Origin: Octopus vulgaris
Taxonomy: Eukaryota
Direction: 5' to 3'
Length of the DNA: 64,000 nucleotides
Assembly (NCBI GenBank): GCA_951406725.2
Contig: OX597829.1
Location: forward strand, 13,640,001-13,704,000
Shown here piece after piece: positions 27,495 through 41,620 of this stretch; position 1 is the stretch's first letter; each line of letters opens with the position of its first letter. The notes beneath the pieces were generated by a model that had not been told where the DNA came from, did no database searches, and saw only the letters and a list, made by a program, of their open reading frames with translations. The position numbers and the translations under genes are program-made.

Positions 27495-28273
27495 GTATAT
27501 ATATAGAGAGAAAACTGACCACTAGGTGGGAAGCGATCTTATACCTCTTGGTAGGCTTCATAGTTTTGCTACTTAAGCTACTAGCCCTCTGCTGTTTACC
27601 AGTACAACAATAAACTTATAATTCTGTTACACATTCTGAACGTTTTACAAGGTCATTCGATCTGCTTGGGAAAACAGCTAAATCTTCCTCGTCTTTGATC
27701 AAAAATTTCATTGATCAAAGCTAATCTGGAGCTACATAATAACTATAATAATTTTAATTGAAAATTGGAAAAATCAAATTTTGGGAAAATCATGATTTTG
27801 TTTTGTTTTGTTTTTTATCTAATTTTAAAGGTTTGAAAATTGAAAATTATGCAACTGCCTTATTTTCATAAAATCAACTCAGGAGACGAGGCGTGAATAG
27901 AAAAAAAATCAAACACGAAATTTAAACACCAATAAACGTTGCAATTTAGAAGAAAAATACAAAAGAAATAAAATGAATAAACAAGTATTTGAGGATCAAA
28001 AATATGTCTTTATTTCAATTTTCATTTCGAATGAGACTATTTGCAAATTGCGTTACAAAGCAAACAATAAAAAGATAAAGAAATTAATGGTGCCATTTAA
28101 TTACGATTTTAGCACTCATTTGCAAACCAATGTGTAAGACAGTTTCACAGCAAGTTTTATATTAAAAACCCAGACAGACTTAAGGTATACATCATACATA
28201 GTCACATAATTGTCGAGGAATAACTTACATACATATACATGTATGAATATATATATACATATATATATGTGTG

Positions 28274-28317
<44 letters not shown>

Positions 28318-28831
28318 TTTTCCTTACATGTCTTGAGTTCGTTGCACTGAAGAGCATAGAATGCATATTCTGCATTGATTGCGAAATCACAGGTGATATG
28401 TAACTAAATTCTGTTTTTAAATGACTTGCTTTGAAGTTTTGCATTCGGTAAAGTTTGTTTATTTTAGTAGTTTTGACTGCAAGGGTCCCTTCTAGCGTGT
28501 CGGTACCTATGAATAATAGTACCCTCTATATAATATAAATAAATATTTTCAAAGTGGAAAAATTTACAGATTTTTTGTGGTTGGTTAGCAAGCTACTTAC
28601 CACACAGCCACTCCTGCGCCTGTTTATTTATTTGAATTAACTATATATATATATATGAATAAATGAAAGAATGGAGTCGAACGAAGATGTTAACAACATT
28701 CCTTTACTCTCGTCACATGTTTTCATTCCAAAGGAATAAAGGGTGCATTATGCAATCTTCTCATCAGGAAAGAAAGCGAGCCTCTCTCGACAACAAGACA
28801 AACAAAAACTTCGATGATTCATTCACCTACT

Positions 28832-28878
<47 letters not shown>

Positions 28879-29019
28879 GGCAGTTGAAAGTTACTTAAAA
28901 GTCATTCTCACTGCACTGTGCGAAAGTACAATCTCTTGGAAATTATGTGTGCGTCAGGTATTTTACCGTTATCTCCTGTACCTGAATTGCAAAAGCTGAC
29001 CGTTAAAAATAACGGCTAA

Positions 29020-29460
29020 AATAAGAGTTGTTAGTCCAGAATATTTATGTTAGTGCCATTCTGGAGTTTCCTTGCAACATGTCCAAGCATGACCTTCTCG
29101 TAATTATCGTAATTATCTTTTCTTATGTGCTCGTGTTGCAGTAGAACTGTTCAAGTTCTTTGGGTGTGTCTGAATGGATACTAGTAAGTGAATACATTTC
29201 AAAGAATGATTTACCATGCTGTTCTTTATCTCTCAAGTATGCAAACATGATCGATGGAGCATTTCCAACACTTGATGCAATAGTCAGTGTCTATTTGTTT
29301 CTCTTTTAGCTATTGATATGAAAATTTCTGGTTAATCATCTCATCTCATCTGGATTCCGGATCTCATCTGGAGTCCAATCAAGTGGGCCAAATCATGATA
29401 TGAATACTGCCAAAGTAAATATATTGTGGGTTACTGGCTTTATTGTACAGAAAAGGCTCT
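29020..29460 (-). mobile_element. Possible decayed RLE-LINE fragment
   Basis: Weak resemblance to the post-RT region of the Dong-like copies. Confidence 0.3.
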
Positions 29461-29719
29461 GACAGCCTACTTCTACTTCTACTACTACTGCTGCTACTGA
29501 TACTACTACTACTGCTACTAAAAAAATAATAATAGTAATACTGCCCCTGTCACTTGCCCTCTACGAGCTTTCAGTCAAACTGCAACATATCTTATCCTTC
29601 ACTCGCTCCAGGACGCTGAGTGTGTCTAGGCAAGTGATTGTAACAAACATGCAGATTAAAACTAAAAATATAATTGCCTTGTGGCAAATAAATGAAATCA
29701 TTATTATCATTATTATTAT

Positions 29720-30140
29720 GGTTTCGAATTTTGGCGCAGGGCCAGCAATTTCTGGGGTGGGGCTAGACTGTTACATCGATCCCAGTACTTAGCTGGTACT
29801 TATTTTATCGACTCCGAAAAAGAATGATAAGCAAAGTCGACCCCGGTGGAATTTGAACTCAGAACGTAATGACGGACGAAATGCCACTAAGCATTTTGCG
29901 CGGCGCGGTAACGATTGTGCCAGCTCGTCGCTTTAATAATAATAATAATAATAATCTTTTCTATTATAGGCACATGAGTCCTGAGATTTGAGGGAGGGGG
30001 TTAGCCGATTACATTGACTCCAGTACTCAACTTGACCCTATTTTATCGACCTCAGAAAGAAGAAAGTAAAATCGATCTTAGCAGAATTTGAACATATAAC
30101 GTAAATACGCACGAAATCCGCTATTTGGCAGCTCGGCCCC
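29720..30140 (-). mobile_element. Two tandem copies of a second SINE family
   Basis: Reverse complement of 55400-55585 (gagctggca.aatcgtta...ttctgagttcaaattc...gtcgataaaataagtaccag); separated by (AAT)n. Confidence 0.78.
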
Positions 30141-30141
30141 T

Positions 30142-30657
<516 letters not shown>

Positions 30658-30660
30658 GAA

Positions 30661-31160
30661 GAAGTGTTATCATGTACATTGTTTTGTCTTGGTATAAAAG
30701 ATGGGCTACAGCAAATACTCTGCTCAATACCACAGATTTACTTCTCAGTTGTTTGACCTTAACCAGTTGAGCATGTCCCTTAGTGGCTGACGATATGTGC
30801 ATCTCTGATCACGAGCAGAAGTAGTGGGGGAGCATCATAGCCATGTGTTGAGAGGGATTCTTTGGGGTTTGAATAATTCACCTCTGGAAACATGGGCGGT
30901 TCTTTCAACATCCTTAAACAACCCTTATTCAGGGACCTTTTGAGCAGGATGGGCTACTCGACCTGAAGAAAATTCTAACTGGGCCCCACCTGCAAGGTCA
31001 TGTGCTGTTTATCTTTTTATGAGATCACCATGTCGCGCACATATGGTTGTGATGCATGTGCCTGGTGTACCCTTATCAGACGGGCAGTCATGATGGGTAT
31101 ATTGGGCTTCGTATATTTTACCCCAGTGCCACTTTGATGGCATGAACTGCTCTCTCACTC
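30661..31160. mobile_element. Second copy of the TAA-flanked non-coding repeat
   Basis: Matches about 16913-17412. Confidence 0.9.
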
Positions 31161-31175
31161 AATAATAATAATAAT

Positions 31176-34100
31176 ATCATTTATTTTCCACAAGGGTGAG
31201 AGGCAATACAGAGACAGGCATAAAGTGTGGGAGTTTACATATAATGAAATGATAAAAAAAGAAATAAGTATACACGGTATACACTGAAAAAGAAGGGACA
31301 TGTACATAGTATACAAACGTTAGATGAAACGTGTTGAGGAGGATGATAGAGTTGTGCCCCCCACCCTCGATACAGGATGGCCTCTGGGGATAATCGAAGA
31401 ACCTCACTGTCCGAAATTTCCCTGAAACCTCAAGAGCAAGTGCCCTCTCCAATACCTTCTCACCGGCTCACAGGTCTACATTTAGACCTAATCGGGTTTT
31501 GTTTCCGCGTTGTGTCTCCACCGTTCGGGCGCATCGGACAGCTTTAGTTTCTTCCTGTTTAAGCGCATGGGCCTTAGCTCTGACAAGGCAACCTTCGTGT
31601 TTCGCTTCGAAGAAATAGTCAAGGGCCATTCTCACCGCTAACAGATAGGCCGCCTCTTCTAATTTGCTAATTACTTCACCCTCTAATCTAGTCCTTCCTA
31701 TTGCTAACTCTTTGCTAAACGCAATCGATTCTGCTTTAACCGTCCTCTTAAAGGCGGCATACCACTGGTTGTTGACGATTGTCCACGTCAACTGCCGCTT
31801 AACTAGTTCACTAATCCGGTCCCTGTAGCCTTTGTGTGCCGGAATAGATGCGTTTAACTTCCAGTAACCAGGTCCCTGCCTACGGCTCCTATCTAACTCG
31901 ACTGTGCAGATCAAAAACTTGTGGTTTGAGTAGTCGACCAATTTAAATTTTGGACAACTTACACTCTCCATCCTGCCTCTTCAGGACCCCAACCGCAAAC
32001 CTACCTATTTGTCGGCGTTGATTTTAAGCCCCTGCAACCGACTCATATTCCCTTAAGGTGGTGCCGACCGTCTCCACTTCGGAGGAGTCTAACCTAACAA
32101 TACTCTATCTAGATACGATCTGCATGATCCATTGTGGTTTCTCTATGTCTACTCTGGCACATCAGGGAAATCCAGTCGATACCTTTCAGACAATTGGAAG
32201 TGTGTGTCTGAGAAGGTTTTCGAGGCTTTTTTAGCCCCTTCTTCTGTGTACTAGCTCCACACAGTCCTTCCGTGTATCCAAAATCCCATTCCAGTCCCCT
32301 ACTAGTACTAAGCCGCGAAACTTTCCCAGAAATGCTTCCAGACGCCTGAAGAATTCTGGCCTTCCAGCCACTGTCGTGGCATAGATGACCATCAGTCTAA
32401 GTTTGCTACTTTGGCTACCATTCGCATCTAGGACTTCTAAGGTGCCGACCGGGTCCAAGAAGATTGCCTTTAATTCGAGATCTAAGGATTTTCAGAAAGG
32501 CACTACTACCCCCCGCCTGCTCCCGACAGACCACATGATGAGAATATCTCATAGTCATCGAAAATGGGTGCTAGTGCTTGCGCACTAGAAATCTTTGTCT
32601 TGCTAATTGCAGCCACATCTAAATCGAGTGACCTGAGATCGTTTAGCAAATGACCGAACATTCACACGCTCCACTATGAAAACCACCATGTTTATCGGAG
32701 AAGAAAAATGGAAGAATATCGCTTACCCTGAATTTTGAGAGGTTAGGCTGATTCAGCTATCTCGTCTGGCGCATTATTAATGATGAAGGTCCTTTTATCC
32801 AGTTTTAGCCTATAAGGTCCAGTGACTTTTGGGTCTTTTTTTAAGTTCTAAGTTTGTGTTTGTATCAGTTTTTATCAACTGACTGTTATGGGGAGTTTTC
32901 GACAGAAGTTCATCGAGCCCTATTCCTTTTGTATGAATATTTATATTTTCCATACTTCCTGCATCAGCTCGTTGTTGCTCTTACGAACAACTGTGAAATT
33001 GATGAGGCGTTCAGGTTCTGAAGTGCGAGTTGTTCTTGTGATTGTTGTTTCTCTTCGTGTATTTGTTTTCTGTTTGGTGCTTTTGTAGTTGTGGTTATGG
33101 TTGAGTGAGTGTGAATTGCTTTTGATGTCGAGATTTGGGTGAGTGTGTCGGTGTTGTTAGTGTAGTTGATGGATTAGGTAAATTTTCCTCGTCCTGTCTT
33201 TTCACTTTCAGCTTAGGACGGCCTTTTCTTGAACTATTTTTCCGCTTTTCCCCAACACAAGTCCTTCTTGGGAGATTCAATTCCCCTCGTCGCATGATAA
33301 GGCTTCTAAATCGCCAGTGTCGGAAGTACATTGTGTCTCTGTCGCTTGTCTGTAGGGATGGTCGGGCGTTGCTTGTTGTAGGCAGAGGTTCTTCAAATGT
33401 ATCAGGCCCACAAGTGTGGTATCTTGGCTTTCTGACTTCCACTACGACTTGGAGTTGTGCTCCGTTGGGCAGCTCGATAAGGTTGGGGACCTTGTCCAGG
33501 GATTCCGGTTTTACCTGGATCAAAATCTCCAACCCGCTTCCGGACCAGTTCTCCTTCCGATATTTTTTTAATTTCTAGAAGCGATTCCGGGCCTTCGACC
33601 ACAGCGCCCGCAACCAACCACCAGATGTCTAATTCTGATAGCACATCTGATATTTTAACTTTTACCACCCGCCGTCCAAGGTATGTAGGAAGGGAAAGAA
33701 GATCCTCGTGTTTGCACTGGACCATTGGTGTATTGGGGCCAGTGCCTCTGCGAGGAACCTCACTTCCATAGAAACATATTGTCTCCCTCGTGTGAGGAAA
33801 TCAATATCAGTCCAAATGCCCTTCAAGCATTTTTTACTTGGATGTGTAACACATTGAAAATTTACCTCTTCTTTAGCGATACACATCTGTATACGATGGT
33901 CCTTCTAGCCGTCCTCTCCATCAAATCTGAAGGGATAGTAAGCTTGGTTTTCCTAACCCCTCTATTAAGGATCTTTTCTGCTTCACTCAGATACACATGT
34001 TTTCCTTCCAGATTTGTTAATCCTGTAAATGAGTTGTTTTTATCGTTGCTGTTATTATTGGTGTTGATTATGTAGTTTTTACTGCTTATGTTGTTCCTAT

Positions 34101-34715
34101 CGTTGTTGGTATTAGTCGGAACCAAAACGACGCTATTGTTTCTGGGGATGTTCAAATCGTTGACCGAAGTAGCCAAACTACTTACCAACGAGGGAAAATC
34201 CTTTATGCTGTTGCTGTGCTACTTATTTTTCTCTCCCGTAAAAGCTTTACTGTTGTTGTTGTTGTTGTAGTTGTTCGTAGTGATCGTGGTAGAGGTGATG
34301 GTGGCAGTGGTGCCGGAATTGTTGTTTGTGATTGGGATGGTCATCTTGTTTTGCCTGCTAGTTTGTTTAGTAGTCACATCAACAGGTGAAGAAATATCAC
34401 CTTCTCTCATTTTTGTAGCAAGGCACTCCTCTGTCTCATCTCCGCTCTCATCGACGACTGACATCCCCTCGAAAATATTTGTTGCTGCCATTGATTCTAA
34501 ACTTTTCCACGTGGAATAAAAAATGGATAGAATTCGATAAGACCCCAAGAAACAGAAGGACTTTAAACAAAAATAAAACTCAACAGCCGAAGGAAGAGAC
34601 CTTATTCTCCACCCTGGTTGAAAATGACAGGAAGGCACCGGTATTTTCCGGAGAAAACTGACGATTTTCGAAAGCAAAATATGGAGCCGAAGTCAAGCGT
34701 GGCTTCCTCGGCATA
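31176..34715 (-). mobile_element. Older Tx1 family copy with the RT deleted
   Basis: Decayed ORF1 (about 32730-34490); APE motifs VIYA, VGDWNG, SYLD, YSNHK and GYWKLN; jumps at about 31495 to the ORF2 end and 3' UTR. Confidence 0.88.
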
Positions 34716-34729
34716 GAGTCATAATGATA

Positions 34730-35370
34730 GTAAAATTACTGAAAAAGGTGTCAATTATTGTTGGGTCTCTGGAAACATTACCAGAAGACTGCAAGAGTTA
34801 CAAAAAGTTTGCTTCTTTGGCACGGTCATAATTATCTGGAAAGTATTAGGTAACTGAAAAGAACGGATAGGCTGCTGGTAGTAGGCCCGCTACGCATGCA
34901 TGACTCCAGAAGCTCTAACTAAACCTATGATAAAGAGAAATTAACAACAACAACAATAATCTGAATCATAGATATAGCATGCTGGATCATAGATACAGCA
35001 ATAGTCTTAATTGAGAAAGAAAGCAAACGAGGCTGGATCATAGATATAGCATACCCAGCTGACAACAAAGTATGCGATAAGGAAGAAAGAAAAGTCGATA
35101 GATATGACATGTTAGCTTGATATGACATGTTAAACAGTTGTGGTCGCTGAAAAAGGTGGTAGTAGTACCAATAATTGTCGAAGCCCTGGGAACAGTGAGT
35201 AAAAATCTTGAGAAGTAGATGGAACAAATAGGACGGAGCAGAAAACAACAAAACTGCTCACATACTCCGGATGGTGCTCGGAAAACAAGGGTTGTTACCT
35301 TAGTTCACTGGTAGCGAACAACTAACACCGTAGTACATCTCCACCGTTAGAAGCTGTGCAAAGACAATAT
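34730..35370 (+). mobile_element. Decayed 3' fragments of RLE LINEs
   Basis: Two similar degenerate C-termini (IIVGSL...LQK..L.GT..I) each followed by a short 3' UTR. Confidence 0.5.
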
Positions 35371-35389
35371 AATAACAATAATCATTATA

Positions 35390-37090
35390 GGAAAACCAAT
35401 GACGTGATTCCATACTCATGGATAAGTGAATGTCTGAGTGCATTCAGTACAGCAGACAACATAAAAGAATTAATTAGCTTTGGTATGAAGAAATAGAAAG
35501 TAGATCTCTACTCAGGTGACAAACTCTTAGGGAGAATTAATATCAAAAGAGGAAATTTCCAGAGAGACTCGTTGTCCCCTTTAATATTTGTCTTATGTTT
35601 GATCCACCCACCCTAGTTTAGTATTAAGGACGGCAAAGGCAGGGTCTCATCTCAGAAAAAAAGGAAAAGAATTAACCATTTGCTCTACATGGATGATCTA
35701 AAGCATTTTAGTAAGAATGGAAAAGAGATACAGACTGTAAGACTCTTCAGTAAAGACATAGGCATGCAATATTAATCATGGGAAAGAGACAGATAGTCAA
35801 CAGCGAAGGTATACAATTACCAGATGGCCAGACATTAAAATCATTGGAAGGAAGAGTAGTACCTAGGAGTAGTATGATCTGACAGAGTACTAACTATAGA
35901 AATGAAAACGAAAATTGAGAAGGAGTACATCCGAAGGGTGCGACAGCCAATGAAATCAAAGCTAAATGGTCCGAATGTAGGGAATGCTGTAAATACTTTC
36001 GCAGTATCATTACTTAGATACTCAACAGCTTTTGTAGATTTCACAGGAGCTGAATTAGCAAAGCTAGACAGAAGAACTAGGAAGGAATTCAATATAAATA
36101 AAGGATTCCATCCTTGGGCAGGAGTACAAAGGAAGGCTGAAGAGGGTTAATATCAGTAGAAGACTGCATGGAGTTAGCTAGAGTAGATATAAACTCCTAT
36201 GTAGGTAATAGTAAAGAAAGTTTATTAAGAGCTGCCTGAGTCGCAGTAAGACATAGGAAAACCAAAAACCCAAACGAAGTAGATTCCCAAAGATAGTTTC
36301 AGCAAATAGTTGTAGTGAAACGTGGCTGTGGTTGCAGAAAAGAAAACTGAAAAGGGAGATAGAAAGTTTGTTAGTAGTGGCATAAGATCAAACATTAAGC
36401 ACTAATTGGATAAAAGCCAAAATAGACAAAAACCAAGTAGAGTTCCAATATAGGTTGTGCAAATCAAAAGAGGAAAGTGTTAAACATATAGTAAGTGAAT
36501 CTAGCATGCTGGCACGGAAAGAACACGAGAAAAGACATGACAATCTAGGGAGAATAATCCACTGGGAGTTATGTAGAAAACTAGGATTTTAGCATACTAA
36601 TAAATGGTATGAACATCAACCTAGTAAAGTACTAGGAAGTAAGAAGTACAAGATGCTGTGAGACTTTAACATTCAGACTGACAGTGTAGTAGAAGCTAGG
36701 AGGCCTGATTTAATAATAGTAGATAAAGGGAATACAAAGTGCCAGATAATTTGCTTTACTGTCCCAAATGATGAAAAAAAAAATCAATATGAGAGGTAAA
36801 GAAAGATTAGCAAAGCACCAGGACCTAGCCATTGAATTATAAAGGCTATGGAAACTGCGGGTAAAATGTATCCCAGTAGTTACAAGTGCATTGGGAACTA
36901 TTCCTAAAGATCTTAACAGACGTATAGGGAAAATATGCATAAAACCCATTTTAGTACCTCTCCAGAAAACAGTGTTATTAGGGACAACTAAGATACTTAG
37001 GAAGGTTCTTGGCATTTAAGATTACTTGTTGTAGCCTGATGTTAGGATTTTTTCTTTTCCAACAGTCTAATCTGTTGAGTGTATATGAAA
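35390..37090 (+). mobile_element. R4/Dong-like RLE LINE, decayed and 5'-truncated
   Basis: FQRDSLSP, HLLYMDDLK, ESVKHIVSE, RRPDLIIVD and LQKTVLLGTTKILRKVL; (AAT) tail. Confidence 0.88.
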
Positions 37091-37114
37091 ATAATAATCA
37101 TAATAATAATGATT

Positions 37115-37850
37115 AATTCTTTTTATTGGCTGCGAGGGCTAATATAAATCAAAACATTAAAGGACAACACAAGGCGATATACAAAGTGTTTTGCAAAAAA
37201 AGGTTCGTGTAAACATTTCATAATGAAAACAAAACAATGTAACAAGTAAAACCCCCAATAAAAGGAGGCACTTTAAAGGTTACTCGTGGAAACACCCATA
37301 AAAGCCACGGGTGCCTGGTCAACAAGGCAAGAGCCCTTCTCCTTTGATACTTTGCTTTTTTTTTATAGGCGTATTCTCAGAATTGGTCCATCCATACTGA
37401 CCATTTTTCCGACATTTGCCCACCTTTCAACAAATTTGCTACAAGATAATACTGCCCTCCCTACTCTCACTTTCCCTTTCAAGTGGAACTTGAAGATGTT
37501 GATGAGACATTTGCCAAAGAAGAAATTGTCTGACTTTAGCCCTTTCAAATGGGTCCACTATACTTCTTTCGCTACAGCCACCAGACATATGAAAATTGCC
37601 TTACCCTCCCGTTAAAGGAGGCCGGCGGGGCAATCTTCACTGTGAATTCAGCTGATATCCAGATCCGTCCTAAACGCAACAGAAGCTGTTCGACATAAAC
37701 CCACAGGTCAGCAATGCTCGGGCACTAGACGAGTTCGTGCATAAGGGTTTCGTCACTCTGAGCGCACTTTGAGCAGGCCCGGCTGATGGCACTTCCGTGC
37801 CGGTAGAATTTATCCCGAACAGGCATCGCCCCTCAGTAGCACAGCCAGGC
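37115..37850 (-). mobile_element. 5'-truncated Tx1 copy
   Basis: RDKFYRHGSA...SDETL and FKFHLKGKVRV, followed by a 3' UTR with AATAAA. Confidence 0.85.
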
Positions 37851-37989
37851 GACTACTTCTCCCATCACTACCACCACTGTAGCCTCATTGTTGCTGTTGT
37901 TATTTTTTCAACTGTCCTGTCGTACAGTTGGACTATTTTATACATAGTTGAAGTCCTCTCTGTAATTTTTAGACGCACCGCGCAGCTCT

Positions 37990-38330
37990 ACTTCACATTA
38001 TCGTCAAGCTCTTGAATGCCTTTCTTCAATAAAAACAGTAAATAATTTATTACAATACCACGGTGTGAGAGTGTCTTTAACGATAAACTGAATCATTCAA
38101 TGTGTTCAACTTCTGGATGGCGGTCACGATGAGCTCAACCTTTCTATTGTTCATTATTTTTTATGATCTCTAGAAATTTAGCTAATCGTACTACTTCTCA
38201 AAATAGAAAGAAAAAAACGAATGTGGAACGAAATTAAACTCTTAATCCAGCAAGGCCATTTTCAATTTCTTGCAACGCACGACGCTCATCTCACATCACA
38301 ATTTTGTTCAGCACTTTCACAAACCCCCCT
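37990..38330 (-). mobile_element. Possible decayed mariner fragment
   Basis: Weak LNKIVM*DE motif, similar to mariner IVTxDE. Confidence 0.3.
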
Positions 38331-38659
38331 TTTGAATAAGTTACAACCGAAAGGCATTGTACCAGTAGCCTGATATTTTTGCATATTTTTTTTTGTACTA
38401 CAATCACAAGAATTTCGTTATTGATAGTCTAAAAATGTGTACACTGCAGAGGTAATACTTCTTTGACTTTATTTCTAGCCATGCTGAATCCTGTTTATAT
38501 TATCATTTCAGGTTTTCTCTGCAAAAAGAATTTTTGTCACCTGATAATGAGTTTCTGTGAATTTTACCGACTTACTCTTATCCCGCATCTGTCTGCTGAT
38601 TGCTGTTTGGTTTAGACTGAGTTTTTTTTTTTTTAAACATTTTCGTGCAACTATTTTCC

Positions 38660-38850
38660 GGAGGAAGGCAGCGAACTGCCAGAATTATTAGCTCCTGAGA
38701 CAGTTCTTCTCGCTCATTACGGTCTGAATTAAAATTTGTCGAGATCAGCTTCGCTTTCATCTCTTCAGATTCGATAAAACAAAGTACCAATAAAGTATTG
38801 TGGTCGATGTAATAAACTAAACCCCTTCCCTCAAAATTGCTGTCCTTGAA
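38660..38850 (-). mobile_element. Decayed SINE (55400 family)
   Basis: Shared motifs tcgataaaa.aaagtacca and gtcgatgtaat; strand uncertain in this decayed copy. Confidence 0.55.
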
Positions 38851-38949
38851 CACTACAACTGACCAGCGTTTCAGTCAGGGAGAATGTTGTGATCATGATC
38901 ACTCATAAGCTGTGGAAACTGAGTAACTGGCCCAATGAGTCATGGGACT

Positions 38950-39190
38950 CAAGGCACTTCCGTGCCGGTAGAATTTATTCCACTTCGAACAGGATGCCCT
39001 CTTAGAGCAAATTTTACTGCGGTAGCTACCATGAGGAACTCTCTCATATTGGCTTTTGGTGCAAAATGCACCCTTGTCCCTATTGCTAGCGGAAGACAAA
39101 TTCCTGCCACCTCCAGCGCCGAGGTCACCGGATCCAATGATTTTGACCTTCCTTGGTCTTATCAATGATGGATCCCCGACTGCTCAAGAT
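38950..39190 (-). repeat. Interspersed repeat (18170 family)
   Basis: Matches 18170-18400 inverted and 40365-40555 direct. Confidence 0.7.
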
Positions 39191-39253
39191 AACTTCTAAT
39201 TGAATATGGATGTTTTGACTGCTAGAGACAGCAGCAATTCATCTCCCTGCCAG

Positions 39254-39317
<64 letters not shown>

Positions 39318-39349
39318 TTTATTTTAAGCAGCAGAAAATTCAACAAAAT

Positions 39350-39387
39350 CTGTTACTCTCAGTTTCTCGTTGCCGTTCATCAGACAG
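39350..39387 (-). ncRNA. Minimal type I hammerhead ribozyme motif
   Basis: CUGU-CUGAUGA-aCG(GCAA)CGa-GAAA-CU(GAG)AG-UA-ACAG: canonical core, GUA site, 4 bp stem I. Confidence 0.75.
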
Positions 39388-40274
39388 TTTTTGCTAGAAT
39401 GGAACTGATATATCAATTCAATCTATACTCTTACAAACGCTACACCTTTAAAAAGAAATGGACTTGTTTGATTGGCCCTTTAGAAAAAACGGTCAATCTT
39501 CGAGCGATAAACAAAAAGGTCAAAAATATATGTATATATATATAAAAAACTTATAAAAATTATAAAATCCGAGGAAAAAACCTATTGACGTTAATGAAGA
39601 CAGTGCAAATTAATGCATAGAAATTAAACCTGTTATAAATACTGCAATACATATTTATATTAAAATCTACATATATATATCAACATACACAAAAGGATGC
39701 GCGTAAACGCCATACATACATATACAGACGTATGAATATAAGTCTAAATATACACATAACAGCATGTGTACATATATTCACGCAAACCGTCTCGCACGCA
39801 AGCTAAAATTCATCTATGTAGCAATTCTCATATACTGAGCAAGGAGGGGGAACGAAAGAAAGGGAGAGAGAGAAAAAGGAACGAAGGAGGGGTGGGGAAA
39901 AAACGAAATAAGGAAAAAATTATGTATACAAGTAGTGTAACGATGTTATTGGCATCTATAGAGACCAGTATACATACACAAGTTTGAATGGATACATATA
40001 CATACCGTCGTGTATATGTGTGCTTAAGCACAAACATACTTTCACTTACACATACACAGATACGCATGCTTACAAATACATATGCTTTGCTATACACATA
40101 CTTATATAAACATTCTAATTTTGACAACATTGCTTTTTTTTAAAAAACATTGCTTTTAAAAATGGGTGCATTAATAAAAATATATACGAAAGACATATAA
40201 AATAAAATATAACATCCTATTTTGGGTCATTTATAAATAATCAAGGTAATATAAATAATCAAGGTAATCCTATG

Positions 40275-40327
<53 letters not shown>

Positions 40328-41473
40328 GACAGTTAGCTTGTTAAAAATATATATATTAACGACAGAGGCAGTATTAATACTGGGAGGTAATAACTTATCC
40401 CCAGATACCATGTGAGAAACTCTCGTATTGCCTTTTGGTGCAAAATACATCTCGTTCATACCACTAGTGGAGAGAAAAGTCCCCACTACCTCCAGATCAC
40501 GTGATTTTGACCTTTCTTGGCCTTGCCAATGATAGACGCTCGAACGCTCGAGATAAAAACATTTTCCTGGGGAAGATTTTCATTGACAACTTTTAACTCC
40601 AGTTCAAAGCCGAACAATTTATACTCAAGAGTTGACTTTTAAATATTTCTATATATTTACTGTTTACAACATATTTGTTATATTTTTATTTGTGGACATC
40701 GATATTTAATCCCTTACATGCTACAAGTATCACCACATAATTCGTTGCCGGTGTCATCAGACAGTTTTTGTCTTTTAACAAATACATGATGGGAATTATT
40801 ATTGCTTCCTACCTTTGTTATAGTTATTAAGTCGGATTATTTTATATTCCTTAAAGAGTAACCATTCTTGCTCAAAATAATTTTGTTTATCTTCATATTT
40901 ACAGACTTGAGCAAGACAGTCACTGTCATATTGCTTTCCTATTAACATCTCTATCTGAATGATGCTTCTAAACATTGAAGGTCATAGCTGTTAGTCCAAT
41001 CTGCCTACATCTCGAATGGCACTAAAATCTCCAAGAAGACCGAGTAGCTAAAATACATCTCGCTAATTCTGATACTGACCAATTCATAAGGCCAAATGGC
41101 GTTGCCAAATCATGCGTGGAGTGAACCATGTTTATACTTTCTGCAGGCAGAGCGTTGTCACGATCAGATTTCTTTTACTCTTTCGTATTTATTTACAGTT
41201 CTCTCTCTCACTCCGCTCTTTCACCCCCACTCTCTCTCTCTCCTTCTCTTTCTCTGCTCTTTCTCCCTCCCCCTCTCTCTGTCATTAATGAATCATTTGT
41301 ATTTGACGTTCTCATCTTGTCTATTATACTTGTAGTTGTCATTTGACTCTATTGGCTCTGTTCTCAAGCCATGTAGGTACGAGCCTGTACTGTGATACAC
41401 ATATGCACAAACGCGCGCACACATACACACACACGCACACGTATATATACATATACACGCACACCTACACACA

Positions 41474-41521
<48 letters not shown>

Positions 41522-41582
41522 CGCCATGATGGACCGTTAGTTCCTACAGGCATTTTTTCTCTCCTTGTTTCTTTTCTGTGTA

Positions 41583-41620
41583 TCTTTCTGTCGAAGAGCG
41601 TAGGCTCGAAACGTAAAAGA
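41583..41620 (+). ncRNA. Minimal type I hammerhead ribozyme motif
   Basis: UCUUU-CUGuCGA-a-GAGC(GUAG)GCUC-GAAA-CG-UA-AAAGA; palindromic ACGU stem III; core A6 is U. Confidence 0.75.
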
